64,000 bases of DNA from an uncultured bacterium (GTDB lineage Bacteria; Actinomycetota; Thermoleophilia; Solirubrobacterales; 70-9), in contig CAVWEN010000002.1 in assembly GCA_963754045.1 (NCBI GenBank), positions 1,269,475-1,333,474 of the forward strand, read 5' to 3'. This document shows positions 37,628-48,193 of this stretch, piece by piece. Position numbers and translations under genes: made by a program. The notes below the pieces were generated by a model, which was not told the origin of the DNA, ran no database searches, and saw only the letters and a list, made by a program, of their open reading frames with translations. Numbering within the stretch: position 1 is the stretch's first letter; each line of letters begins with the position of its first letter.

Positions 37628-38290
37628 ATGGCTCAACGCCGCTCGTCGACACGCTTGCTCGCAACAACCCTGACGTCGCTCGCCGGAGCGGCCGCGCTCG
37701 CGATTCCCGCGTTCGCAGCCGACCTCCCGGGCGCCGTCGCCGACGAGGCGCCGTTGCGGGTGCTCACACCCGGTTCGCCTGCCGCTCTTGGCGAGGCACG
37801 GGCAAAGCTCGCGGAGAAACGCCGGCGTGCGATCGCCGCGCGCAAGCGCGAGCTTCAGCCCGATGGACCGTTCGTGCCCGTCGTCGGCCAGCCCGACTAC
37901 GGCACGGCCGCCAACGCCTTCGGGGCCGCTCGCTCGGGTCACTCCCACGCGGGCCATGACATGTTCGCCAATCCCGGTACCCCTGTCGTCGCTGTCGCGG
38001 ACGGCTCCGTCGTCGATGCGGGCAGCGACGGTGGTCAGGGCAACTTCGTCCACGTCTACGACCCCGAGGCCGGCCAGACCTACATCTACATGCACCTGAT
38101 CGAGCCCGCCTCGGTCAAGACCGGAGATCAGGTCAAGGCCGGCGAAGGCCTCGGTGGCGTCGGTTGCACGGGCTCCTGCTGGGGCGACCACCTGCACTTC
38201 GAGATCCGTGCGGGCAAGAGCATGGCCGGCAAGGCACACGACCCGCTGCCTGAGCTCAGGCGGTGGAAGGCGCTCGACGAGCCGCTGTAG
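37628..38290 (+). CDS. secreted M23 family metallopeptidase (LytM-type peptidoglycan hydrolase)
   Basis: Signal peptide ending AFA. HxxxD (HAGHD) and HxH (HLHFE) zinc motifs. An alternative TTG start at 37592 is possible. Confidence 0.88.
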   Translation: MAQRRSSTRLLATTLTSLAGAAALAIPAFAADLPGAVADEAPLRVLTPGSPAALGEARAKLAEKRRRAIAARKRELQPDGPFVPVVGQPDYGTAANAFGAARSGHSHAGHDMFANPGTPVVAVADGSVVDAGSDGGQGNFVHVYDPEAGQTYIYMHLIEPASVKTGDQVKAGEGLGGVGCTGSCWGDHLHFEIRAGKSMAGKAHDPLPELRRWKALDEPL

Positions 38291-38333
38291 CCCGACGCTT
38301 GCACTCCGCTCCAGGCTGGGCTTCGGTTGGCAC

Positions 38334-39048
38334 ATGAGAAGGATTCGGATCGGGGTGGCCAGTGCATTCGTCTTCCTGGCAGCTGCGTTGGCGATGGCGA
38401 GCCCCGTCAATGCCGCGACGGTTGGACGTGCCGACAGCACGATCAGCATCAACGGTGCGACGGCGTACCTCGATGTCTTTCAGTCCGCACAGTTCGCACG
38501 ACTGATCGACCGTGGCGGCGGCACGATCACCGCGCTCGCCGGCTGCACCGGCGCTTCGCCCGATGTGATTTGCGACCGATAGCGTCACGGCGATCACCGC
38601 CGAGCTCAGCGACGGACCCGACAGGCTAGAGGTGGGATTCCCGGCTCCGGTCCTTGCCTCCGGGTTTGGCGGGGATGACCGCTTCGTGGTCACGTCCTTT
38701 GAGGGCGAGGACGGGGGATCGATCCGGATGGGCGCAGGTGATGACCGGTTCGGGACCGAGAAGGCGTGCTGCGCCGCAATGTCGGGGCGAGACATTTACG
38801 GCGAAACCGGTAACGACCGAATCGACGGCGGCGACGGGGACGACCTGCTCGACGGCGCCGAGGGCAGGGACCGGATCAGGGGCGGCGACGGCCGCGACAC
38901 GCTCGTCGGGGGCGCCGGCGCCGACTAGCTGATGGCCGCCGGCGGGCAGCGAGACAGGGTCAGGGGTGGCCCAGGCCGTGACAAGGCCCGCGTCGACTCT
39001 AGGGACCGGGTCACCGGCGTCGAAGTCGTCCGCTGTTGGAACTGCTGA
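38334..39048 (+). pseudogene. decayed secreted calcium-binding (RTX/hemolysin-type GGxGxD repeat) protein gene: one frameshift near 38569-38582 and one in-frame TAG at 38926
   Basis: A signal-peptide ORF (38334-38582, frame 0) continues sensibly in frame +1 (SVTAITAELSDGPDRL...GDGDDLLDGAEGRDRIRGGDGRDTLVGGAGAD). After the TAG it reads LMAAGGQRDRVRGGPGRDKARVD... Confidence 0.5.
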
Positions 39049-39109
39049 CGCCCGGGTCGTAGGCCGGCGTTGACCCGCCCGAGGCTGCTCGGGCCCACTG
39101 CGAGGAGCC

Positions 39110-40936
<1,827 letters not shown>

Positions 40937-40991
40937 TGGGCCGCTCTGTCACCGCGGGCGGCAAGCCGTATCCGCAGATTGCGCTGATCAG

Positions 40992-41858
40992 ATGACCCAG
41001 GACAACGTTGTGCTGCTGCACCGGGCGATCAAGGCCTACAACGAGGGCGATCTGACCTTCGTCTTCGAACGCGCGGCCGACGACATCGAGGTCCACGCTG
41101 CCGCGGGGCTGGCCAACGCTGGCACCTACAGGGGGCGGGCGGGCTTCGAGCGCTGGGTGGCCGAATGGCTTGAGGCATGGAGCGACTTCTCACTCGATGT
41201 GTTGGCCGTGAGGGAGGTCGACGGCCGCTTCCTACTGATCGATGTGCGCCAAACCGGGGTGGGGAGTGCCAGTGGCCTTGAGGTTGAGATGAATCTGACC
41301 CAACTCGTCGAGGTCCAGGACGGGCAGATCACAAGGTTTCACCTCTACCACGGCCACCGGGACGCCGAGCGGGCGCTCGAACCGCTGCGCGCCTACACTG
41401 CTGCCCCGATGGCACTGAAGACCGACGCCGTGGGCAAGAGCTGGGAGCCGGTTTCCTTCGAGGTGGAGGCCGAGCGGATCGCCCAATACGCCGATGCCGT
41501 TGGCGAATCAAGCCCGATCCATCGCGATTCCGAGGCTGCGAAGGCGGCGGGTTATCGCGATGTCGTCGCGCCGCCGATGTTCGCCGTGGTCTACAGCTCG
41601 CCCGCCATGGGCCCCGCCCTATTCGACCCGGATGTAGAGATGAACTTCGCGGCGATGGTCCACGGTAGCCAGGAGTTCGCGTGGGGCGAGCCCGTCTGCG
41701 CAGGCGACGAGATCACCACCCAGGTGACCTGCAATTCGATCGACGTTCGTGACGGCAAGGGCTTTTACGTTTTCGAGTCGCTTTCGACCAACCAGGACGG
41801 CGCCCAGGTCGTCAAGGCGACCTGGACCAACATCGTGAGAGGAGTCGGCGATGAATGA
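40992..41858 (+). CDS. fusion of a SnoaL/NTF2-like domain with a HadA-type (MaoC_dehydrat_N) hotdog domain
   Basis: Residues 1-130 look NTF2-like (HRAIKAYNEGD...ITRFHLY). From the internal Met-Ala-Leu at 41409 the sequence is hotdog-like (YADAVGESSPIH). There is no stop between them. Confidence 0.75.
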   Translation: MTQDNVVLLHRAIKAYNEGDLTFVFERAADDIEVHAAAGLANAGTYRGRAGFERWVAEWLEAWSDFSLDVLAVREVDGRFLLIDVRQTGVGSASGLEVEMNLTQLVEVQDGQITRFHLYHGHRDAERALEPLRAYTAAPMALKTDAVGKSWEPVSFEVEAERIAQYADAVGESSPIHRDSEAAKAAGYRDVVAPPMFAVVYSSPAMGPALFDPDVEMNFAAMVHGSQEFAWGEPVCAGDEITTQVTCNSIDVRDGKGFYVFESLSTNQDGAQVVKATWTNIVRGVGDE

Positions 41859-42240
41859 GTTCGCGCTGGGCGACGCGCTGCCAGAGATGCGGGTTACGCC
41901 CGATTCCGGGCTGACCAAGCGCTACGCCGAGGCTTCGGGCGACCCGAACCCGATCCACATCGACGAGGAGTTCGCCAAGAAGGTTGGCCTTCCCGGCTGC
42001 ATCCTGCATGGCCTCTGGTCGATGGCCCAGGTCGCCCGGGCCCACGGCGAGGCGGCGGGTGATCCGCTTGCCCTGAAGCGCCTCGAAGTTCAGTTCCGAG
42101 GCATGGGCTTCCCCGAGCAGGAGATCGTGGTCAGTGCGGAGGTCACCGCTGTGGCCGAGGGCCGGATCGTGACCGACACCCGCGCCGAGCAGTCCGGCAA
42201 CGCGATCATCCGCAACGCCACTGCCGAGATGGCGCCCTAG
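41851..42240 (+). CDS. MaoC-family (R)-specific dehydratase, HadB-like catalytic subunit
   Basis: YAEASGDPNPIHIDEEFAKKVGLPGCILHG hydratase motif. 8-nt overlap with the upstream hotdog gene. Confidence 0.85.
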   Translation: MNEFALGDALPEMRVTPDSGLTKRYAEASGDPNPIHIDEEFAKKVGLPGCILHGLWSMAQVARAHGEAAGDPLALKRLEVQFRGMGFPEQEIVVSAEVTAVAEGRIVTDTRAEQSGNAIIRNATAEMAP

Positions 42241-42280
42241 CCGCGCACGCCAACCGCCACCACGAGGGGGGCGAATCCCA

Positions 42281-42331
42281 GCCTGCTGAAGCCTTGTGGT
42301 GGTTGTGGCTACCACAACCCTTCAGCAGGCC
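42281..42331. repeat. palindromic repeat element, copy 1 (11+7 bp stem, 10-nt loop)
   Basis: GCCTGCTGAAGCCTTGTGGT / ACCACAACCCTTCAGCAGGC read directly. The right arm is near-identical to copy 2. Confidence 0.85.
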
Positions 42332-43231
42332 GGTGGCGCTCGCTTTTGGGAGCTGGTGGCACGACAGCATGGGGTGATCTCGCGATCGCAATTGCTCGGG
42401 CTCGGACTGTCATCCACAGCGATCCGCCATCGGCTCCAGGCAGGTCGGATCTGGCCACTTTGGCGAGGGGTGTACGCGGTTGGTCGTGCCGGGATCGGTC
42501 GCTACGGGGGCTGGATGGCCGCGGCGCTCGCTTGCGGCGAGGACGCTGCGCTCAGTCACGATTCCGGTGTTGCCCTGTTCGGTATTCGCAACCAGGTCGG
42601 GCCGCCCCACATATCGGTGCCCGCGGACCGCGGCCCGACTGGCCGCCGCCACATCCGTGTCCACCGCAGGGTCGAGCGCATCACCTCGGCGGCTACGTCG
42701 AGGTTCGGGATTCCGGTGTTGCCAGTCGTCCAATGCCTTGTGGACATCGCCCCGGGCCTCACCGAGTCAGAGCTCGACCGGGCCGTAAACGAAGCCGATC
42801 GCCTGGAGCTCGTTCGCGCCGGCGATCTTCGGTCGGCGCTGGCCGCCCATGCATGCGAGAGCGGGGTCGCCGTGCTCCGCGGCGCGATCGACCTGCGCAC
42901 TTTCGTTCTCAACCGATCGGAGCTGGAGCGCCGTTTTCTCCCGATCGCGCGCCGGGTCGGACTGCCGAGGCCGCGAACGTGCGTCTACGTAAACGGCTTC
43001 GAGGTCGACTTCTGGTGGCCCGAGTTGCGCCTTGTGGTCGAGACAGATGGTCTGCGCTACCACCGCACGGCCTCACAACAGGCCCGCGATCGCCGGCGTG
43101 ACCAAGCCCATCAGGCCGCGGGCGACCATCCGCTGCGCTTCACCCACGCGCAGGTCCGCTACGAGTCCGCCTACGTCGAGCGCATCCTCGGCGCGGTCGT
43201 CGGCCGCCTCAGGGCGTCCCGAATCTTCTGA
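42296..43231 (+). CDS. AbiEi_4-like wHTH plus DUF559 (Vsr/restriction-endonuclease-like fold) protein
   Basis: ARQHGVISRSQLLGLGLSSTAIRHRLQAGRIWPLWRGVYAVG N-terminus. C-terminal FEVDFWWPELRLVVETDG..YH. The true start is probably downstream of the repeat (e.g. GTG 42356). Confidence 0.8.
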   Translation: MVVVATTTLQQAGGARFWELVARQHGVISRSQLLGLGLSSTAIRHRLQAGRIWPLWRGVYAVGRAGIGRYGGWMAAALACGEDAALSHDSGVALFGIRNQVGPPHISVPADRGPTGRRHIRVHRRVERITSAATSRFGIPVLPVVQCLVDIAPGLTESELDRAVNEADRLELVRAGDLRSALAAHACESGVAVLRGAIDLRTFVLNRSELERRFLPIARRVGLPRPRTCVYVNGFEVDFWWPELRLVVETDGLRYHRTASQQARDRRRDQAHQAAGDHPLRFTHAQVRYESAYVERILGAVVGRLRASRIF

Positions 43232-43273
43232 AGGTTTGTGGTGGCCATAACCACCACAAACCTTCAGCAGGCC
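43228..43273. repeat. palindromic repeat element, copy 2 (perfect 17-bp stem, 6-nt loop); possible terminator of the DUF559 gene
   Basis: CTGAAGGTTTGTGGTGG-CCATAA-CCACCACAAACCTTCAG then CAGGCC. The DUF559 stop codon TGA (43229-43231) lies inside the left arm. Confidence 0.85.
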
Positions 43274-43293
43274 GCGGGCGGTGAGTCCCGGCC

Positions 43294-43299
43294 TAGAAT
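43294..43299 (+). promoter_or_regulatory. -10-like hexamer TAGAAT, 7 nt before the hrcA ATG (leaderless geometry)
   Basis: TANNNT read directly. Confidence 0.35.
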
Positions 43300-43306
43300 C
43301 GGCTGC

Positions 43307-44335
43307 ATGCTCTCGCCGCGCCAGGAGCGCATCCTCGGGCTCGTCGCGGACGAGTACCTCCGCACGGGCAAGCCCGTGGGTTCCAGGGCGATCGCCGAGC
43401 GCGACGACATCGCCTGGTCGGCCTCCACCGTTCGGAATGAGTTCGGCGCGCTCGAGCGCGACGGGTACCTGACCCATCCGCACACCTCAGCGGGGCGCTT
43501 GCCGACGGACCGTGGCTACCGCACCTACGCCGATTCCCTGCTGGCCGTGGTGCCCCCGAGCGGCGCACGCTCCGGTGGGTTCGACTTGACCGAGATGCGC
43601 CGCGAGGTCGAGGACGCGATGCGGGAAACCACCGCGGTCCTATCGCGGATGACCGACCTGCTGGCGATCGTCACGGCACCACCGCCGTCCGCTGCCCTGA
43701 TCCACCGAATCGAGATCCTGCTTTTGGCGCCGCGGGTTGCCACCGTGGTCGTGATCGCCTCGAACGGCGCCGTCGCCAAGCGCGTCTTCAACTTCGCCGA
43801 GAAGCTCGACCCGGGCCTCGTCGAGTGGGCGTCGAGCTACCTGAACGAGCGGCTGGCCGGTTTGGCCCTCGGGGCCCGGATGACCGGCGACCGCCTATCC
43901 GATCCGACCCTGTCGGGAGCCGAGGCTTGGTTCTTGCGTGAGATCGCGAGCGCGTTCACCGACCTCGAGCGCCGTGCGGGCGAGGATTTGTATGTGGATG
44001 GGGCCGCGAGGCTTCTCTCCGAGGAGCACGCTCCCGACCTACCCGAGATCGAGACCCTGATGGCGACACTCGAGCATCGTGCGAACCTGCTCGCTGTCCT
44101 GCGCTCGGCGCTGGATGAACGCAGCGTTTTCGTCTGGGTCGGTGAGGAGGGCCCGGCACCAGAGCTGCGCAGTGTCAGCATCGTCGGCGCAAACTACGGG
44201 CTCGGTTACCGCAACCTCGGCACCGTTGGCGTGCTCGGCCCGACCCGAATGGACTATGCGACCGCGATCGGCTGTGTCCGCGAGGTGGCGGGCGAGCTCT
44301 CGCGCTTCTTTGAGTCCGTCTACGAGCCGCACTGA
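43307..44335 (+). CDS. hrcA: heat-inducible transcription repressor HrcA
   Basis: [32 protein letters not shown] is a canonical HrcA N-terminus. The 23 extra residues in the ORF track come from translating the repeat. Confidence 0.93.
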   Translation: MLSPRQERILGLVADEYLRTGKPVGSRAIAERDDIAWSASTVRNEFGALERDGYLTHPHTSAGRLPTDRGYRTYADSLLAVVPPSGARSGGFDLTEMRREVEDAMRETTAVLSRMTDLLAIVTAPPPSAALIHRIEILLLAPRVATVVVIASNGAVAKRVFNFAEKLDPGLVEWASSYLNERLAGLALGARMTGDRLSDPTLSGAEAWFLREIASAFTDLERRAGEDLYVDGAARLLSEEHAPDLPEIETLMATLEHRANLLAVLRSALDERSVFVWVGEEGPAPELRSVSIVGANYGLGYRNLGTVGVLGPTRMDYATAIGCVREVAGELSRFFESVYEPH

Positions 44336-44339
44336 TCTG

Positions 44340-45431
44340 ATGCCGCGCGACTACTACGAAGTCCTCGGCGTCGAACGCGGCGCCGAGGAGGCCGAGGTGA
44401 AGAAGGCCTTCCGCCGGCTGGCCCGCGAGCTCCATCCGGACGTGAACAAGCACGACCCGGAGGCGGAGGAGAAATTCAAGGAGGCCGCCGCGGCGTACGA
44501 GGTTCTCTCCGATCCCGAGCGCCGCGAGACCTACGACACCTACGGCCACGACGGACTTCGCTCCGGAGGATGGTCTCCCGGTGCTTCGGGCTTCGGCAGC
44601 TTCGAGGACGTGCTGGGTGGGATCTTCGGGCAGGGCGGCCAGTCGATCTTCGCCGATCTGTTCGGGATGGGTGGAGGCAGACGGGGGCCGGCGAGCGGTG
44701 GTGACGTGCTGGTGCAGATCACAATCGGGCTGGCCGACGTTCTCACGGGAGTTCAGCGCGAGGTCCGCTTCGACGCGGTGGTCAGCTGCGAGCGGTGTCG
44801 CGGAAACGGCGCCGAGCCCGGTACCCCGATTCACACCTGCGAGGGCTGCGCTGGCAGCGGGACCGTTCAGCAGGTGAGCCAGACCGCGTTCGGCCAGCTG
44901 ATGCGCACCGGCGCCTGTCCCACGTGCCGGGGCGAGGGCAAGGTACCCGAGCAGCCGTGCGAGGTGTGCCATGGATCCGGGCGTGAGCAACGCGAACGCA
45001 CATATGACGTGCAGGTACCGGCCGGAATCGAAGACGGCCAGCGAATCCGCATCGGCGCGGCGGGCCACGAGGGCGAGCCCGGAGCGCCCGCGGGTGACCT
45101 ATTCGTAGAGGTGACGGTTGCGGCCGACGAACGCTTCGAGCGCCGCGGCGAACATATTCTGAGTGTCGCCGCCATCGGGGTCACCCGAGCGATGCTGGGC
45201 GGCACGATCTCCGTGCCCACCCTCGACGGACCCGAGCAGATCAAGGTCGCGAAGGGAACGCAGCCCGGCGAGCGGGTGATCCTGAAGGGCAAGGGGCTGC
45301 CGTCGTTGCGCAGCCGCGGATCTGGTCGCGGCGAGCATCACGTGATCCTCGAGGTCGAGGTGCCTCGCAAGCTGAGCCGCGAACAGCGCAAGCTCGTCGA
45401 GCGCCTCGGCGAGGAGCTCGGCGAGGAGTGA
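44340..45431 (+). CDS. dnaJ: molecular chaperone DnaJ
   Basis: J domain (DYYEVLGV...HPDVNK), Gly-rich linker, four CxxCxGxG zinc motifs. Start at MPRDYY. Confidence 0.96.
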   Translation: MPRDYYEVLGVERGAEEAEVKKAFRRLARELHPDVNKHDPEAEEKFKEAAAAYEVLSDPERRETYDTYGHDGLRSGGWSPGASGFGSFEDVLGGIFGQGGQSIFADLFGMGGGRRGPASGGDVLVQITIGLADVLTGVQREVRFDAVVSCERCRGNGAEPGTPIHTCEGCAGSGTVQQVSQTAFGQLMRTGACPTCRGEGKVPEQPCEVCHGSGREQRERTYDVQVPAGIEDGQRIRIGAAGHEGEPGAPAGDLFVEVTVAADERFERRGEHILSVAAIGVTRAMLGGTISVPTLDGPEQIKVAKGTQPGERVILKGKGLPSLRSRGSGRGEHHVILEVEVPRKLSREQRKLVERLGEELGEE

Positions 45432-45438
45432 GCGGGAA

Positions 45439-46257
45439 ATGATCCGGCTGGCGGTGCGGTGCAAACCCGACCAGGCGGAGCTAGTGCTCTCCGAGCTGCT
45501 CGTGCTCGCTCCGAACGGGGTTGAGGAGGAGGCAGGCCCGGATTGGATCGAGTACGCGATTTACGGCGCCGAAGGCGAGGTTCCCGACCTCGGCCAAGTC
45601 CGGGCCGTGCTCGGCGGGGACATTGTCGAAGTCCGTAGCGAGCACGTGCCCGACGACTGGGCCGACCGCTGGCGCGACTTCCATCAGGCCACGCTGGTCG
45701 CCGACCGCGTGCTCATCCGCCCGACCTGGGCCGACCCGGTTGCGGGCACGATTGACGTCCAGATCGATCCGGGCCAAGCCTTCGGCACCGGTGCCCATCC
45801 GACGACTCGGATGTGCGTGGAGCTGCTGCTCGAGCTGGCGGACGAGCGCCACGCCGAGGGCGCGATAGCCGACCTGGGAACGGGCTCCGCGATCCTCGCC
45901 ATCGTCGCGGCGCGTCTCGGCTGGGATCCGGTACTCGGCGTTGACCACGAGCAGGCCGCGATCGAGGCGGCGGCGAAAAACGCGGCCGCGAACGGGGTAG
46001 AGCTGGAGCTCGAGCGCGTCAACCTTCGCGAGGATGCGCCCCCGGCGGCGACGACGCTGGTCGCCAACCTGACGGCGCCGTTGCTCCGCGAGGTGGCGAA
46101 GGCGATGACCGAACCTCCCGTCCGGATGGTTTGCTCGGGTCTGCTCGCGCGCGAGCGGGAGGACGTCGTTGTCGGGTTCCAGCAGGCCGGACTCGCGCTC
46201 GTTGGTGAGCGGGAAGCGGGCGAATGGGCCGCACTCAGACTGGCGAGGATTGAATGA
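45439..46257 (+). CDS. prmA: ribosomal protein L11 methyltransferase
   Basis: IDPGQAFGTGAHPTT and DLGTGSAILAI SAM motifs. hrcA-dnaJ-prmA synteny. Confidence 0.88.
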   Translation: MIRLAVRCKPDQAELVLSELLVLAPNGVEEEAGPDWIEYAIYGAEGEVPDLGQVRAVLGGDIVEVRSEHVPDDWADRWRDFHQATLVADRVLIRPTWADPVAGTIDVQIDPGQAFGTGAHPTTRMCVELLLELADERHAEGAIADLGTGSAILAIVAARLGWDPVLGVDHEQAAIEAAAKNAAANGVELELERVNLREDAPPAATTLVANLTAPLLREVAKAMTEPPVRMVCSGLLAREREDVVVGFQQAGLALVGEREAGEWAALRLARIE

Positions 46258-46323
46258 GGCACGAAAGGCGCGAACTGAGTTGACACCCGCGCGGGCGGAT
46301 TCCCGACCGACCGCGACCGGGGG

Positions 46324-46329
46324 TATGGT
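46324..46329 (+). promoter_or_regulatory. -10-like hexamer TATGGT, 6 nt before the ATG at 46336 (leaderless geometry)
   Basis: TANNNT read directly. Confidence 0.35.
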
Positions 46330-46335
46330 GCCCGC

Positions 46336-46797
46336 ATGCTGCTGGCCGTCGATTTCTACGACGTAACGCTCTTCTTCCACATCCTCGCCGTGGTGCTGGC
46401 GGCCGGACCTCCGCTGGCCTACGCGGTCTTCTTCAGCACAGCCGGCAAGGCGGGACCGCAGGCGCTCGCCGCGGTTGGTCGGGCGATCGTTACCTGGGGA
46501 CGGACCGTAGCCACGGCCAGCCTCGTCGTGATCCTCATTAGCGGGCTCTATCTGACCGACGAGCGCTGGGACTTCAACGAGTTCTTCATCTCGTGGGGGT
46601 TCGCGGCGATTCTGATCCTCTTCGGTCTGGCGCATGGCTATTTCATCCCCAAGACGGGCCAGCTCGTGGAGGCGATCGAGGCCGGCAGGGCCGAACAGGC
46701 GCAGTCCCTGGCCGCCGGCCTGCGGAAAATGGGTCCCGTTTCCGGCGCGGTCTGGGTCCTCACCATCTACGTGATGACCGCCAAGCCCTTCCTCTAG
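46336..46797 (+). CDS. four-TM membrane protein (DUF2269-like)
   Basis: Four hydrophobic helices with coding-like composition. The family call is tentative. Confidence 0.6.
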   Translation: MLLAVDFYDVTLFFHILAVVLAAGPPLAYAVFFSTAGKAGPQALAAVGRAIVTWGRTVATASLVVILISGLYLTDERWDFNEFFISWGFAAILILFGLAHGYFIPKTGQLVEAIEAGRAEQAQSLAAGLRKMGPVSGAVWVLTIYVMTAKPFL

Positions 46798-46806
46798 GTC
46801 CCGGGC

Positions 46807-47631
46807 TTGAGCGAGCAAGGCCCGGCGAAGGCGAGTCCGATCGGGGTCTTCGACTCGGGCGTGGGCGGGCTGACCGTCCTCCACGAATGTCTTGTCGCCC
46901 TTCCGGAGGAGGACTTCCTCTATCTCGGCGATGACGCCCGGTTCCCGTACGGCACCCGTTCATTTGAGGATCTCGGCGAGTGCGTCGAGCGCAACACCCG
47001 ATTCTTGATCGATCGCGGCGCAAAGCTGATCGTGATCGCCTGCAACTCGGCCGCGACCGCTGGTCTCGGGATCGCGCGCGAGATCGCGGCGTCGCACGGG
47101 GTCGAAGTTGTTGCCGTGATCGAGCCCGAGGCGGAGATCGCGGCGGCGATCACCCAATCGGGCCGGGTGGGGGTGCTGGCAACGCCGGCAACGGTGGAGG
47201 GTGGCGCGTATCTGCGCGCGCTCGCCGCCCAGCATCGCGACCTGATCATCACCGAGGTCGAGGCCCCGGACCTTGCAGCCGTGATTCAGCGCGGCGCGCA
47301 GTTCTCCGAGGAGGTCGTCGGCCTCGTCCGCTCCTATTGCGAGCCACTCCAGCATGCAGACGTCGACACGGTGATCTTGGGCTGCACCCACTACCCGCTC
47401 GTGCGGCCAATGCTGCAACGCATCCTCGGGCGCGACATGCGTCTCGTCACCGCGGGCCATGCCGTTGCCGCCTCGGTTGAGCGCATCCTCGCCTCCCGAG
47501 ATCTGGCCATCGATCGTCGCGGCGAGGGCGACTACCGCTTCGTCTGCACCGGCGACCCGGAGGCATTCCTGGAGCTGGGAACCCGGTTTCTTCAGCTCCC
47601 GCTCGGTGACGTGGAGCTCGTTGAGCTCTGA
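46807..47631 (+). CDS. murI: glutamate racemase
   Basis: IGVFDSGVGGLTV, IACNSA and GCTHYP motifs. Confidence 0.95.
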   Translation: MSEQGPAKASPIGVFDSGVGGLTVLHECLVALPEEDFLYLGDDARFPYGTRSFEDLGECVERNTRFLIDRGAKLIVIACNSAATAGLGIAREIAASHGVEVVAVIEPEAEIAAAITQSGRVGVLATPATVEGGAYLRALAAQHRDLIITEVEAPDLAAVIQRGAQFSEEVVGLVRSYCEPLQHADVDTVILGCTHYPLVRPMLQRILGRDMRLVTAGHAVAASVERILASRDLAIDRRGEGDYRFVCTGDPEAFLELGTRFLQLPLGDVELVEL

Positions 47632-47738
47632 GGCTCAGGCCGGTAAGCCCCTCGGCCACGCACTCGCCTGCTCGTTGACGCTGCGATCGGCGTCGCTTCG
47701 GCGCTGCCCCCAATCGGCCAGGCAGCGTACCCTTAGCC

Positions 47739-48185
47739 GTGATGGCAGAGACCACCCTCGAGCGCATCCAGGCCGATACGCGCACCGCCCTTAAGGCGCG
47801 CGAGCGCGAGCGCGTTGGCGCCCTCCGACTCGTTGCCGATGCCCTTCAGAAGGACCTCAAGGAAGGCGGCTCCGACGAGGTCGCTGTGCTGCGCCGTGAG
47901 CGCAAGCGTCGCCTCGAGGCAGCTGAGGCCTACCGCGACGCTGGCGACGCCGGCCGTGCCGCTGCCGAGAACGCCGAGGCGGAACTGATCACCGGCTACA
48001 TGCCCGTTGAGCTTGGCGACGACGAGCTCGCCGCGATCGTCGACGAGGCGATCGCGCAGGCCGGTGCATCCGGCCCCCAGGACATGGGCAAGGTGATGGG
48101 GCCCGCGATGGGACGCGTTGCCGGTCGAGCTGACGGTAAGCGTGTGTCTGCGCTCGTGAAAGAGCGTCTCGCGGCCGCCGGCTGA
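47739..48185 (+). CDS. GatB/YqeY domain protein
   Basis: YqeY-like sequence (ALKARERERVGALRL...GKVMG). Precedes phoH-ybeY-era. Confidence 0.85.
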   Translation: MMAETTLERIQADTRTALKARERERVGALRLVADALQKDLKEGGSDEVAVLRRERKRRLEAAEAYRDAGDAGRAAAENAEAELITGYMPVELGDDELAAIVDEAIAQAGASGPQDMGKVMGPAMGRVAGRADGKRVSALVKERLAAAG

Positions 48186-48193
48186 GCTAGCTG

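Noticed and set aside
38926-38928. In-frame TAG inside the RTX-like repeat region, considered as pyrrolysine or programmed read-through.
   Set aside because: There are no pyl genes or PYLIS-like context in the window, and the same gene also carries a frameshift. Simple pseudogenisation or a sequence error is more parsimonious.
46280-46285. A perfect TTGACA -35 hexamer downstream of prmA.
   Set aside because: It lies 38 nt from the nearest -10-like hexamer (TATGGT at 46324), which is far outside the 16-19 nt promoter spacing. It is probably fortuitous.
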